Positions 52,471-64,000 of a stretch of 64,000 nucleotides of DNA are shown here, in pieces (the first letter of the stretch is position 1; each line of letters starts with the position of its first letter). Location of the stretch: contig OX597816.1 in assembly GCA_951406725.2 (NCBI GenBank), positions 59,396,001 to 59,460,000 on the forward strand. Direction: 5' to 3'. Made by a program: the position numbers and the translations under genes. Source of the DNA: Octopus vulgaris. Its lineage: Eukaryota. A model generated the notes under the pieces. It had not been told where the DNA came from, searched no databases, and saw only the letters and a program-made list of their open reading frames with translations.

Positions 52471-52857
52471 TATGCATCTACACTCATCTATTTTTCTATC
52501 ATTGATCGCATTATCTACATAGACGTATTCATATACAAAACTTTGTAGCTTTCAGTGCTGGCTCTAGTGTCTATAGAATATCTATAGAGAAAACCCTTTT
52601 TAAAACGTGATTTAATCGCACTGCTAACACAGATAGGACACAGTAATAACTTATAGACCTTTGATATACTTGCTAGTATGTTATGGCTACATAACGAAAT
52701 AATCCGCCCCTACTAACAATTAATAAAATTAACGTTCTGCTGCTTATTCAATAACGATGTATACATTGGATTAATAACGGCAGCTAACTTTTCTGTTTCG
52801 GCAAGGAGACCTCAAAGTTTAAGTATGCGTATTTAATAAAAACCGGATTGATGGCGT

Positions 52858-52936
<79 letters not shown>

Positions 52937-53088
52937 CCAGTTTGTTTGTATGTGTGCGATAGCGTATATGTGCCTTGGCGTGGTCCATCAACATATCTGA
53001 GATATTCATCTGACGTCATAATAACAAGGTTGTTTATATACTGACAAGTGGAGTACGTAAGACATCGATGGAACAACAGCAACGGCAT

Positions 53089-53127
53089 GGAGAGAGAGAG
53101 AGGGAAGGAAAGAAAGAAAGAAAGAAA

Positions 53128-53175
<48 letters not shown>

Positions 53176-53327
53176 ATGAATGAATGAATGAATGAAAGAA
53201 TGAAAGAAAGAAAGAAGGAAAGAAGGAAGGAAAGAAGGCAGGAAAGAAGGAAAGAAAGAAAAGAAAAAAAGAAGGAAAGAAAAATGACAAAGAAAATGAC
53301 AGAAAGAAAGTCAAAGGAAAGAAAGAA

Positions 53328-53371
<44 letters not shown>

Positions 53372-53950
53372 AAAGAAAGAAGGAAAGAAGGAAGGAAAGA
53401 AGGAAAGAAGGAAAGAAGGAAGGAAGGAAAGAAAGAAGGAAAGAACGAAAGAAGGAAAGAAAGAAGGAAGGAAAGAAAGAAAGAAAGAAAGAAGGAAAGA
53501 AATAAGGAAAGAAAGAAAGAAGGAAAGAAAGAAAGAAGTAAAGAAAGAAAGAAAGAAAGAAAGAAGGCGGGAAAGAAGGAAAGAAAGAAAGAAAGAAAAC
53601 AGGAAAGAAAGAAGGCAGGAAAGAAGGCAGGAAAGAAGGAAAGAAAGAAGGCAGGAAAGAAGGCAGGAAAGAAGGAAAGAAAGAAGGCAGGAAAGAAGGA
53701 AAGAAAGAAGGCAGGAAAGAAGGAAAGAAAGAAGGCAAGAAAGAAGGAAAGAAAGAAGGCAGGAAAGAAGGAAAGAAAAATGACAGAAAGAAATGCAAAG
53801 GAAAGAAAGAAAAGAATTAAAGAAAGAAAGCAAGAAAGAAAAGAATTAAAGAAAGAAAGCAAGAAAGAAAAGAATTAAAGAAAGAAAGCAAGAAAGAAAA
53901 GAATTAAAGAAAGAATGGATGACAAGAGAAAGAAAGGAAGAAAGAAAGCA
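53089..53950. repeat. ~860-bp polypurine tract ((GAAA)n, (GAAG)n and higher-order units)
   Basis: Read directly from the sequence. Confidence 0.97.
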
Positions 53951-54171
53951 GACACATTTCCAGGGACCTGATAAAGCTCCGCTATTTCGTGACAAGTTGA
54001 ATAGCTTTATTAGTGAAAGGGGATGGGTCTTGTTTCTCTTTTCTGGATTTGCGGGTAAATAAAATTTCATAAATTGTGTTGAATAACTCACTACTATAGT
54101 GTTTAAAGTGTGATTACAAAATCATTCTCATTGCGTAACGCTGTTGTAGATATCTATTTGGGTTATTACTG

Positions 54172-54217
<46 letters not shown>

Positions 54218-56301
54218 TTTACCTTAGTCACTGGTAATGAACAGCTGGCACCGTAGTACATCTCCAGCATTAAATATTTATCTTGGCGAATTACAGAATA
54301 AACAATAACAGAGTCTTTGTTCAATTCATGAGCATATTGTGAATTTACTCTATAATTTATGTATCATATCTATATGTATATATAATATCAATATACGCAA
54401 TATAGATGCTAGCAGAAAGACGCTCGGAGGGCGGTTTTTCTGCTACAGTTCGTTTGGTTCGCCAGCCATCACTGAAAGACGTTGAAAACACTTCTCAAAT
54501 TCTATACAATATTTTCTAGATGTTTTGCTAACAACTTGTACATGCAAGCGTTACCTGGCTAGAACTCCGCATACCGGAAGCCAGTAAGTGTATGGGGTCA
54601 TCAGGAGAGAATGCGCGCCGTTTCGGGGGTCTACCTCACGACGGCATCAATGCGCACCGACCCTCCTCACTGATATGAGGCCCCGCTGGCTAGATGAAAT
54701 GGTTATCAAATAAAGCTCAATATTCTTCTAGCCTTCGCTCATCGTCTCTTTTTAACGAAATCTAGTGGCTAGCCTTTTCCACTGTAGTTTGGATATCGGT
54801 CTGCGTGTGTACAGATCATGGTGTACCTATGCGCATAGACACGTGTGCGTACATACATACATACATACATACATACATACATACATACATACATACATAC
54901 ATACATACATAAATAGAAATACGACTGTGTGTTATCTACTTAGTGTGTGTGTGTGTGTGCACACGTGTATGTGTGTGTGTGTGTGTGTGTCTATCTGTGT
55001 GTACAGTGACGGATTCGAGGGTTTCGTTTATTTACGAGTTGATTTCTTAATTTCACCGTTCTTAGGCCTCTAATCCTCTTTTAGTCAAACACTTACAAAG
55101 CTTAATTCACTTCAGTTAAAAAGCATAGGTAAGCCACAGCATTGTAAACCACAGCCACACTATAATTTGCAAAAAGATTTATCTGCGCGCAGGGTATACA
55201 TCACCCCCTCCGATGCCTTTGTTTTTAATTTAATACTCTTTTACTCTTTTACTCTCTTTTACTTGTTTCAGTCATTTGACTGCGGCCATGCTGGAGCACC
55301 GCCGACTGCGGCCATGCTGGAGCACCGCCTTTAGTCGAGCAAATCGACCCCGGGACTTATTCTTTGTAAGCCCAGTACTTATTCTATCGGTCTGTTTTGC
55401 CGAACCGCTAAGTGACGGGGACGTAAACACACCAGCATCGGTTGTCAAGCAATGCTAGGGGGACAAACACAGACACACAAACACACATATATATATATAT
55501 ATACATATATACGACAGGCTTCTTTCAGTTTCCGTCTACCAAATTCACTCACAAGGCATTGGTCGGCCCGGGGGTTGTTATCAATTTTATAAATTTTCAT
55601 AACACATGGCTGCGTGGTTAAGGAGCTCGCTTTGCAACCCTGTGGGTGTCTTCTCATATAGCCCCGGGCCAATTAATGCTTATGCATTTGGTAGATGGAA
55701 ACTATACGGAAGGCCGTCATATATATGTCTTTGTGTGTGTGCGCGTGGGGGTGTGTGTGTTTGTATATATGTATATGTATTTATAAAATAAATTATTTTA
55801 TTCCACACGGAAAAATAAGTTGAATATGTGCTAGGAGTCTTTAAGATAGAATTTATTTTTAAAGGCTAACCGGTTTCACAAAATTTTGATTTTCAAAAGT
55901 TAAGTAAGATAGAAAGACGTGGGCTAACGCAATAACAGCATGCTATGCTGAAATAAGATGCATGATAATTTGGGTAAGGAAGAAATGAGGGCGGGGGTAG
56001 GATAAGGGCTCTGGTTTGAAGGAACAGGGGTAGGATGTTGGAAAGACTACATACAGAGGTGAAGTTGGGGACGCGGGTGGTTTTTGAATAATTGTCTAAT
56101 TATTCATTAATAACTAAGAATTTAATGCGTGACACATTTTATTTGTCGTTAACGCGTAATTAAATGTGATTGTCTGAAAGTTGGGGAAGCGGTAGGCTGT
56201 TATAGGGAGCAGAGACAGGGGCAGCATAGATGGCGTGCGGATGAGCCAGAAAACAAGGAAGGAATGATGTTACAAAAAGAAAGGTTGCAACAACATAATA
56301 A

Positions 56302-57015
56302 AGGTGGTGGTGGTGGTGGTGGTGATGATGTGGTGGATTGGTGGTGGTGGTGGTGGTGGTGATGAAATTGTAGTTGCTGGTGGTGATGGTGATGGTGATG
56401 ATGATCACGAGGAAGAGAAAGAAAATGATAATGATGGTAGTGGAGATGATAATGATGATGATGATGATGATGATGATAATAATGACAACGATGACGATGG
56501 ATGTGGTGGTGGTGGTGGTGGTGGTGGTGATGGTAGTGATAATGATGATGGTGACGGTAGAGACGGAACTGAAGTTGACTCGAGTACCATCGAAGTAAAA
56601 AAAATCATTGAAGTGTAAATCATATAATGGTGGGGTGTCGCGGGGGGGGGGGGGGGCGACAACAACAATAAAACGACGGTGCAATATTTCATAATGCTGT
56701 GGTGGTGCATGACGGAGTCTTGTAGCGTGTCTTAAACTGACTCATCATCACCACCACCATCATCACCATCACCATCATCATCGCCATCATCACCATCACC
56801 ATCATCATCATTATCATCATCGCCATCATCGTCGTCGTCATCATCATCATCATCATCGCCACCATCATCACCATCATCCTCGTCGTCATCATCATCATCA
56901 TCATCATCATCATCCCCTTCACCAACACCATCATCATCATCGTCGTCATCATCTAATTATCATGATCATCAAAAAGGACAACAGTAACAGCAGCAGCAGC
57001 AGCAGCAACAACAAC
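56302..57015. repeat. Opposed (GGT/GAT)n and (CAT/CAC)n trinucleotide tracts
   Basis: 56302-56555 is GGT/GAT-rich and 56743-56952 is CAT/CAC-rich. Confidence 0.9.
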
Positions 57016-59734
57016 TATAAGAACCCGAACGACTGCAGCGACATCTGACAGCGATAATATGAACAGAAATTTGATGATTTCATTTGGCTGAACAGAGGAA
57101 GGTCGCTTACGTAAAAGAAAGGACAAAAAAATATATATTTCTGAATTATTATTTATTAGCTATGTCACACAACTGGAAATTAAATCTTTGGATACACTTG
57201 TCCTAATTGCTGTTATTGTTATTGTAACTGTTGTTGTTGTTGTAGCTGTTGTGGTTGCGGTGGTGGTTGTGGTGGTAGTGGTTGTGGTGGTGGTGGTAGT
57301 GGTGGTGGTGGTTGTTGTTGTTATTGTTGGTGGTGGTGTTTAGCCCCAGACAAATTCTTATTGAGTAAATATATAATCAAAAACATAACAGCAACCATTG
57401 CAGGTTTCCCCCCAGACATAGTCCATCTATGACTACATTTGTTTAGTGTTCTTTGTTTTAAACAGGTAACATATTTATAGACACACACACAGATATGCAT
57501 ATACATACATACATACATACATACATACATACATACATACATACATACATACATGCATGCATACATGCATACACACATACATAAAATACATTCATACATA
57601 CATACATACATACATACATACATACATACATACATACATGCATGAATACATACAATCCAGGTAAAGAATGTTACCGGCAGATTGTCAGACACCGATGTTT
57701 CGATTTCATTTGATCTCCTCAATGGTGAAATTCACCCCCATCTCCGTATCAGGCATTCTGAGCAAAACCGAAATCTAATCGGTAAATAAAACATTTTCTG
57801 GTTTGTGCGAAAGCCTGTCAGATGTATATACGATCGCGTGTATAAACATCCATTCGAGCAGTGAGCGTGCGAGTGACGTTAGTACACAAGTACGTGTACG
57901 CTTCTTTACTGCGTGCATATCTGTACGCATGTGAGTATTTCATACATGTGTGCAATTGTGCGCATTTGTTTGCCCAGGAACCTCAAATTGAGAATCCCTG
58001 GAATGTAGAATTGTTACAATTTTTGATTCAGTTCAAAACTACTGCGGAATTTCTCTTCATAGTTCGACGACCTGCTGTAGCTGACTCAGGATTCCTGTCT
58101 TGTCATGCGGTATGAAGTAATTATAGTCATGTTGGTTACCAGTTTAACTCTTAGCTTACTATTAATCTCCAAAAACAAGTGTTTCTTTGTATCTAATCAG
58201 AGAGGATAATAAATTTATTTATTTTATGCTAAGCAAAATTAACGGCAGAAGTTTAGCGGACAGAATTTATCACACAAAGTCAGTTTATTTCAAGATTTCT
58301 TACCAATCGAGAAATAACCGGTTTCTAACCTAGATCCAAGGCTTCTTTATTGGAATTTCAATATCAACAACAGGGCATTTTTGTATGTATGTATGTATGT
58401 ATGTATGTATGTATGTATGTATGTATGTATGTATGTATGTATGTATGTATGCATTCATGTAAGTATGTATATATGTATATGCTGATTTGTATGTTTTACG
58501 TATATATTCTCATGCATATATTTACATATCTAGACATGCTCATATATATGTAAACGATGTTCTATAACCCCGTGCACCTACAAAACTGGGAACAAATGAA
58601 ATTCTATAGCCTACACATCAGAGCTGTAAGTTTCATATTACCTCTCTACAGATGTTCTCCCTTGCCCTGAATTTTGACGAGACATTCACACCCGCTAAGC
58701 AGCTGATCAGTACAACGCAGCTTAACTTTTGGTCCTTGTCCCATATAACAATATCTGGTCCATTGTGCTTACATTGAGTTATTGTTTGTATTGCAATGGT
58801 CTACCAGTATTATCTATTTTTAAAAGATGTGAATTTTGCTGTGCCTTTCGTATGGCCTATATGTATGTATGTTTGTAAGTATGTATGCGTTTATATATGC
58901 ATGTATGTATGTATGTATGTATGTATGTATGTATGTATGTATGTATGTATGTATGTATGTATGTATGTATGTATGTATGTATGTATGAATGAATGAATGA
59001 ATGAATGTATGTATGTATGTTTGTAAGTATGTATGCATGTATGTATTTATGTATGTATGTGTGTATGTTTGTTTGTATGTATGTATGTATGTATGTATGT
59101 ACGTATGTTTGTTTGTTTGTATGTATATATGTATGTATGTAATACAGTACAGCCAGTTGCATGGCCTGGTCGTCGGCGACTAAATTAACAACTGCACGAG
59201 GCTTCTTTTGTGCAGCGGGTGATTAGAAACCCGGCAGGATGAGGAACAAAACCTGTCAAAGGGCAAACGAACTCATTAACGTCAACGGCCATTCAATACT
59301 GTGTATCCAATCCTGCAAGTTCTCATGGACAGCAGAAGTTCCTGCATCAATCATCGAGAAACTGGTGACTTTGGTGCAGAAAACATAATGAGTGCGCAGG
59401 GGGATCGATTCGTTTTCAACAACAGACAGGCACAACAAGTTCAGTCAGAAGAGAACCTTGTGAATTAGAGTGCAGACATGGTATACTATATTACTTGGAG
59501 TGAGTGACCTCTAATCATTGTTAGCATATCGTTCTAGGAGACGGAAATTGCTGATATATGAGAATCGATTCGATGGTGGCCACTTCTTTGAGTAAATCTC
59601 ATAATTGTTCAGAGAATGGGATTGGTTGTATTCAAGGCCTCTCTTTACTTTAAAAAAACATGATGCACAGGCATCGCTTGATGTACCAGCATCGTCATCT
59701 TATACTCGAGAACGGGGAAAAGGTCATGCTCATA

Positions 59735-60435
59735 TATATTTAAATGATAAATGCCTGGAAAGTTTTACATATTTTTACAGTTCCAGTAATGGATTGGATC
59801 TGTAGTATTCGAATTAGCTTTTCCCTTTCTGATTTTGAGAAACCCAATTTCTCAGTATTGATATTTAAGCAATGTGTTACATATCCCAGGGCCCCAATAA
59901 TTACAATTATAAACCTGAACTTGTAATCTGGATAGAGTAACTGCAGTTTTCTCAATAGTTCAGCATAGGTGTTCTCTTTTTCACTGATCTTCAGCTTTAT
60001 ATTAACATCCGCTGAGTAGCTAATTTCCACAACTGTTGTGCTTACATTTTATTGAGGTTTTCACTGGGACATTCCATCAGTACTCCTATTTATTATGAGT
60101 GGCTATGGCTTCTACCATACTGTGGGTTCTTATTTCTGTGTTCTCGGAGTTATCACTCCGACGAATTTCATTATATAGTGTCCTAGCTACAACATCATGT
60201 CTCATCGGTAGATAATACCATGATGACATTTTCGGACAACTGCTTATGATGTGGGTGATATCTTCGGTGTTAACTCCACAAAGTCAGCATTGGCTGTCAC
60301 ATTTTACTGCTTTTCCTGCATCTCTATCCCTTTTGTGCATCAGGTATTTGGTTGATCTTTCCTGTTCCTGGATTGCAAATGCATACCCTTCAAAGTGGTT
60401 GGGGGTAGTAATCCATGATAAACCGCTTTGATGAT
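59735..60435 (-). mobile_element. R4/Dong-like non-LTR retrotransposon 3' fragment (CCHC knuckle and RLE)
   Basis: EGYAFAIQEQ..STK, C*LCG...EDITHIISSC...RHDVVA, VEISYSAD...EKENTY.EL and IVIIGALG. Confidence 0.85.
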
Positions 60436-60439
60436 CGAT

Positions 60440-61590
60440 GTTACAAGTGGCTTTCCTCCTTTCCACAAAAAGCGGAAAAGGATTCTCTCCAGCTTGTTCA
60501 GTCACAAATCGGGGCAAGGAACCACGGTCACGCGGTAGGTGATAACCGACGCTATAAACATCTCCACCACCACCACTTGGGTCTGGGTTAGAGCAGTCAC
60601 CTTGCCGGCTACCTCACTCCAATTTATCTCTATCTGGAGGCCTGGCCCAAACCAGACTCCAAGCAGCTTAACAGGACCTTCCGTCCAACGCCCCACGACG
60701 TTATTGGACGGCATCGGCATCGGCTTGCCTCTCCAGGTGCCAAGTTGCAAACCGACCGACTTGTCATTGTTAACCTTTGATCCTGCCACCACCTCGTAAC
60801 TTTTGATAGCCTCTTCCACCACTGGAAGCTGGCTCTCATCCGCCACAATGATGGAGATGTCATCCGCATACGCTGTAGCTCCTCTTCCACACCATAGATC
60901 ATGCGGTGCGCTCCCTAGTGCCTCCAACTTCCACTGTAATGGCTCGAGAGCCAAAACATACAAAAGCGGAGACAGGGGTCACCTCGGACGCACTGAGCGC
61001 TTGATTCTGAATGGCTTCGAAAGGAAACCATTCACTTTTATGACAGACTCGATGTCGCTGTACAACGCAGCAACCCAACCGCGTAAGGTCGGGCCCAGGC
61101 CAGCCTTCTCGAGGACCGCCGCCGAGTACCGATGGTCGACCCTATCAAATGCCTTAGACTGGTCTAAATGTACCAGCCCCCCCTGCGCCAGAAAGCTTCC
61201 CACCCTCTCCAAGGAGTAGCGTATAAGGTGGAGATTGTCGTGGATCGTCCTGCCCGGGATAGCGCGGTTTGCGCTTCCCCTACAAGTCTGTCCACGACCC
61301 GCGCCAACCTTTTCGCTAGCACCTTGGCCAAAATCTTTAGCTCTGTATTCAGCAGAGTTATGGACCTGAAATTCCTTTGCTCAGGTCATTCCTGATCAAC
61401 GTCACCACTCCACGGCTCGCAGACTTGGGAATTCTCCCATTCTGCTGCCAATTGGCGTAGACTCTGGCCAGCAGGTGCCCGAACAAGTCTGGCATACTTT
61501 TGTAAAATTCATAAGGCAGACCATTGAGACCTGGCGACTTCTCCCCGAGGCATTCGCCCAGTACCTCGATCACTTCCTCTGCTTTCATTT
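60440..61590 (-). mobile_element. L1/Tx1-clade LINE reverse transcriptase fragment (frameshifted)
   Basis: KSPGLNGLPYEFY, FRSITLLNTELKILAK, PGRTIHDN, LDQSKAFDRVDH, LYVLALEPL, AYADD and VKLLGVWF. Confidence 0.92.
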
Positions 61591-61739
61591 TTTTCAAAAA
61601 GCTCGGAGAGCTTTTCCTTTGGTAGTTAGACGTTTTCAGTAGCCACCGCAGTAACTGCTGAAAATTTCTTAACTGGCTCTTCCAGTGAATTTTTCTCTGA
61701 AATTATTTCGACCAACATATTCGTTCGAAATAAATTTAT

Positions 61740-62125
61740 ACACAATTTAATCACAGAAAACGGGAAACCTATAATTTTTTACATTTTTTTCTCTCAACGA
61801 GGACAATAGTTCAACCCCCCCCCCCCCCGCTGGAGAGCGAGACGTAACATCAAAGCCTACAACGGTCGAAATTGAATTTTTCACACAATAATAAAAATTT
61901 TTTTTCCCTCACAACGAGAACAACAGTTCAAATCTCGCTCCCGCTTGGGCGGATGCCACAACAGAGCCTACAACGGCTAACATTTAATTTTTCACACAAT
62001 AATAAATTGATTATCTCAAAAAACGGGAAACCTATAATATTTTTTTCCTCTTTATGAGGATAACAGTTCAAATCCCACCCCCGCTGGGTGGGGTGGGGGC
62101 ACGACAATAAAACCTACAACGGCTT
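61740..62125. repeat. Three diverged ~120-140-bp tandem units
   Basis: Recurrent acaatagttcaa...ccc...agcctacaacgg...ttttcacacaataataaa, plus aacgggaaacctataat twice. Confidence 0.7.
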
Positions 62126-63406
62126 TAATAAGTTCAATATTTCAACAATTCACAACTTCAAAAATGGCTTTACACAAACAATTACTTACACCTGGAAAAA
62201 GCACAAAAAGTTTCAAAGTTTCGAAGTTCAACAATGTTCAACAGTTCGAAAATGTTCAACAATAAACAGTCAACAATTCCAGCAGAAAAAATAATCCAAC
62301 GTTCAACAAAACGTTTGACTCACCGCCAAAAAACACGTCTATCCACGAGACAGGTGTAGCAATAACCATTTTAGCCATTTTGAAATGTGGCGCGAATTGG
62401 CAATATGACATAATGTCGTATTGCCGAAGAATTATCATTTTCGTTTTTTTCCCATTTGTTAATATAACTGCTCATATAAAGATTCTAAAAGTTTCGTAAA
62501 GAATATTTGTCATGGATTTCGATTCTTTTTAGTCAAGTTGAGCAGTTATAAAAACCCTGGATTTTGGGAAAAATTTCAGTGTTTGTTGGATGTCACTGAA
62601 CTCCACGACACTCACTCTTTTGAGACATCGGTAATTTTCATGCCATGTCTAAGTTAATCACAAGTCTATTTTGATTTGTTGGTTAATGTATTAGCTAGAA
62701 TTGAGAAATTAGTTAATGAAATTATAGTCGTTTTTCTTCACGACAAAGTTATCTTTCCTACTGTAAATAATATAAAATGTTATATTTATATAATAAAACT
62801 AATTAAAAGAAAATGTTTCCCTTCACGTTTGTTTTTCAATTGAGCATAAATAAGTATGCAATTCTGTTATCCTTAATTTATGTTTTCTTATAGCAGTTTA
62901 AAGGACACGAAGAAAATATTTAACATACATGTCGTTAATATTCATAGCGTTTCACGCGTATATGTCTCTATGACGTTATAACTGTAGTTAGGGTTTTAGG
63001 TATAATGATAACACTTTAGTATAAGTGACGTTGAATCATTATATTCTCCCTTACTCAGAGAAAAACCAAATAAAATAATATAATCTAAGAGAAAGCTTAA
63101 GGTTTAAAACGAAAACCGCCATACAGGTAAGGAAGCTACTTTATTTCATTAAATTTGTCATGAAGACAGCACACAGATTAGGTGGCTTTGCGGGCTGGAC
63201 AAGACATTAATGAAAGGAATGATAATGATACAAGGATAAGGATGAGAGAAGAATGAAAGCGCCCGTCGACCCTCTGCTTCTCTATAACAATGTTCTTTAA
63301 CAATACATTCCATGAGGCAATGAGCCTCTTACAATTCGTCTAAAATGACAACAATATTAATCATTACAAATCTAAAAATATATTTTTACATATTTTAGCG
63401 CTAAGC

Positions 63407-64000
63407 CTATTCTTCTTTGTCCCCGACCAGGCTGTGAGCTGCCCATAGGTACTGCTCCAGATCCTGGTCGGGGTCCCAAAAATCGACTCTAAACAAGTCC
63501 TTCGTAAAGGAACCCAACACCCTGGACATGTTGACCTCCGATATGACCTTCGCAGTCACCTGCGAAGGCCAATTCAGGTTTTCGGTCCAGGCTAAGGGCT
63601 CCTCCGACCAGCCTTCTCGCTTCCTTGGGAAGCTTTCTATCGCCCCTCCCTTCAGAAAGAATATAACAAACTCATCTATCCTCCTTCTGGGAGGGATCAC
63701 TGCTCCCTCTGTCGGTGGCACACTTCCCACCGACAGAGTTTCGGGGCATATTGGCAGTTGATCGTCAACTGCCAGCGATGACCCATTCTTTTTCTCTTCT
63801 TTTTTTTTTCCTCTTCTCAATACCACCATTCTTTCATTACGGTCCTTTATCCACTGCTTAGGGGTAAACTATCCCACTCCAATACAGTGTCTTTCTTTGT
63901 TGTCATGCTTGCAAAAACAAAAAAGTTTCCAAAAAATGGTTCAACACAAAGTTCAATAAAAGTTCAATAAAAAAACACAAAAAAGAACAGAAAGACAGAG
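63407..64000 (-). mobile_element. Possible 5' region / ORF1 remnant of a LINE
   Basis: GC-rich 140-aa frame with no recognised domain. The gttcaa-rich tract at 63935-63970 resembles 62130-62320, upstream of the L1/Tx1 fragment. Confidence 0.35.

Noticed and set aside
54590-54660. Permuted hammerhead on the minus strand (GAAAC...CUGAUGA)
   Set aside because: The flanks that should form stem II are both C-rich and cannot pair.
57661-57781. Possible + strand exon (VKNVTGRLSDTDV...)
   Set aside because: The frame is open with AG/GT ends, but there is no polypyrimidine tract and no recognisable homology.

Overview
AT-rich, microsatellite-saturated animal genomic DNA. The SINE families, Penelope-like elements and repeat style strongly suggest an octopus (coleoid cephalopod) genome; this is an inference. 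Only one host gene is recognisable: the last two coding exons of axonemal dynein light chain 4 (DNAL4) at 4766-4849 and 9722-9886 on the + strand, with GT-AG boundaries. The rest is transposon debris. It includes several Tc1/mariner elements (DD34D and DD41D types, and a two-5'-end mariner derivative present twice), non-autonomous Helitrons and a PIF1 helicase remnant, hAT MITEs, fragments of R4/Dong, CR1, RTE and L1/Tx1 LINEs, and at least four SINE families. The most striking signal is a dense set of inverted-repeat insertions in or next to microsatellites (mostly (TA)n) that carry minimal type I hammerhead-ribozyme motifs, which is the architecture of Penelope-like element (PLE) pseudo-LTRs. 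One of these retains a GIY-YIG endonuclease ORF (37989-38408). Another is a ~3.25 kb apparently non-coding element (27386-30640) bounded by ~400 bp near-identical inverted repeats, each with an intact hammerhead core, making it a retrozyme-like candidate. Most ORFs in the supplied track are microsatellite translations. All alignments and RNA pairings were done by eye, and boundaries of degenerate elements are approximate.
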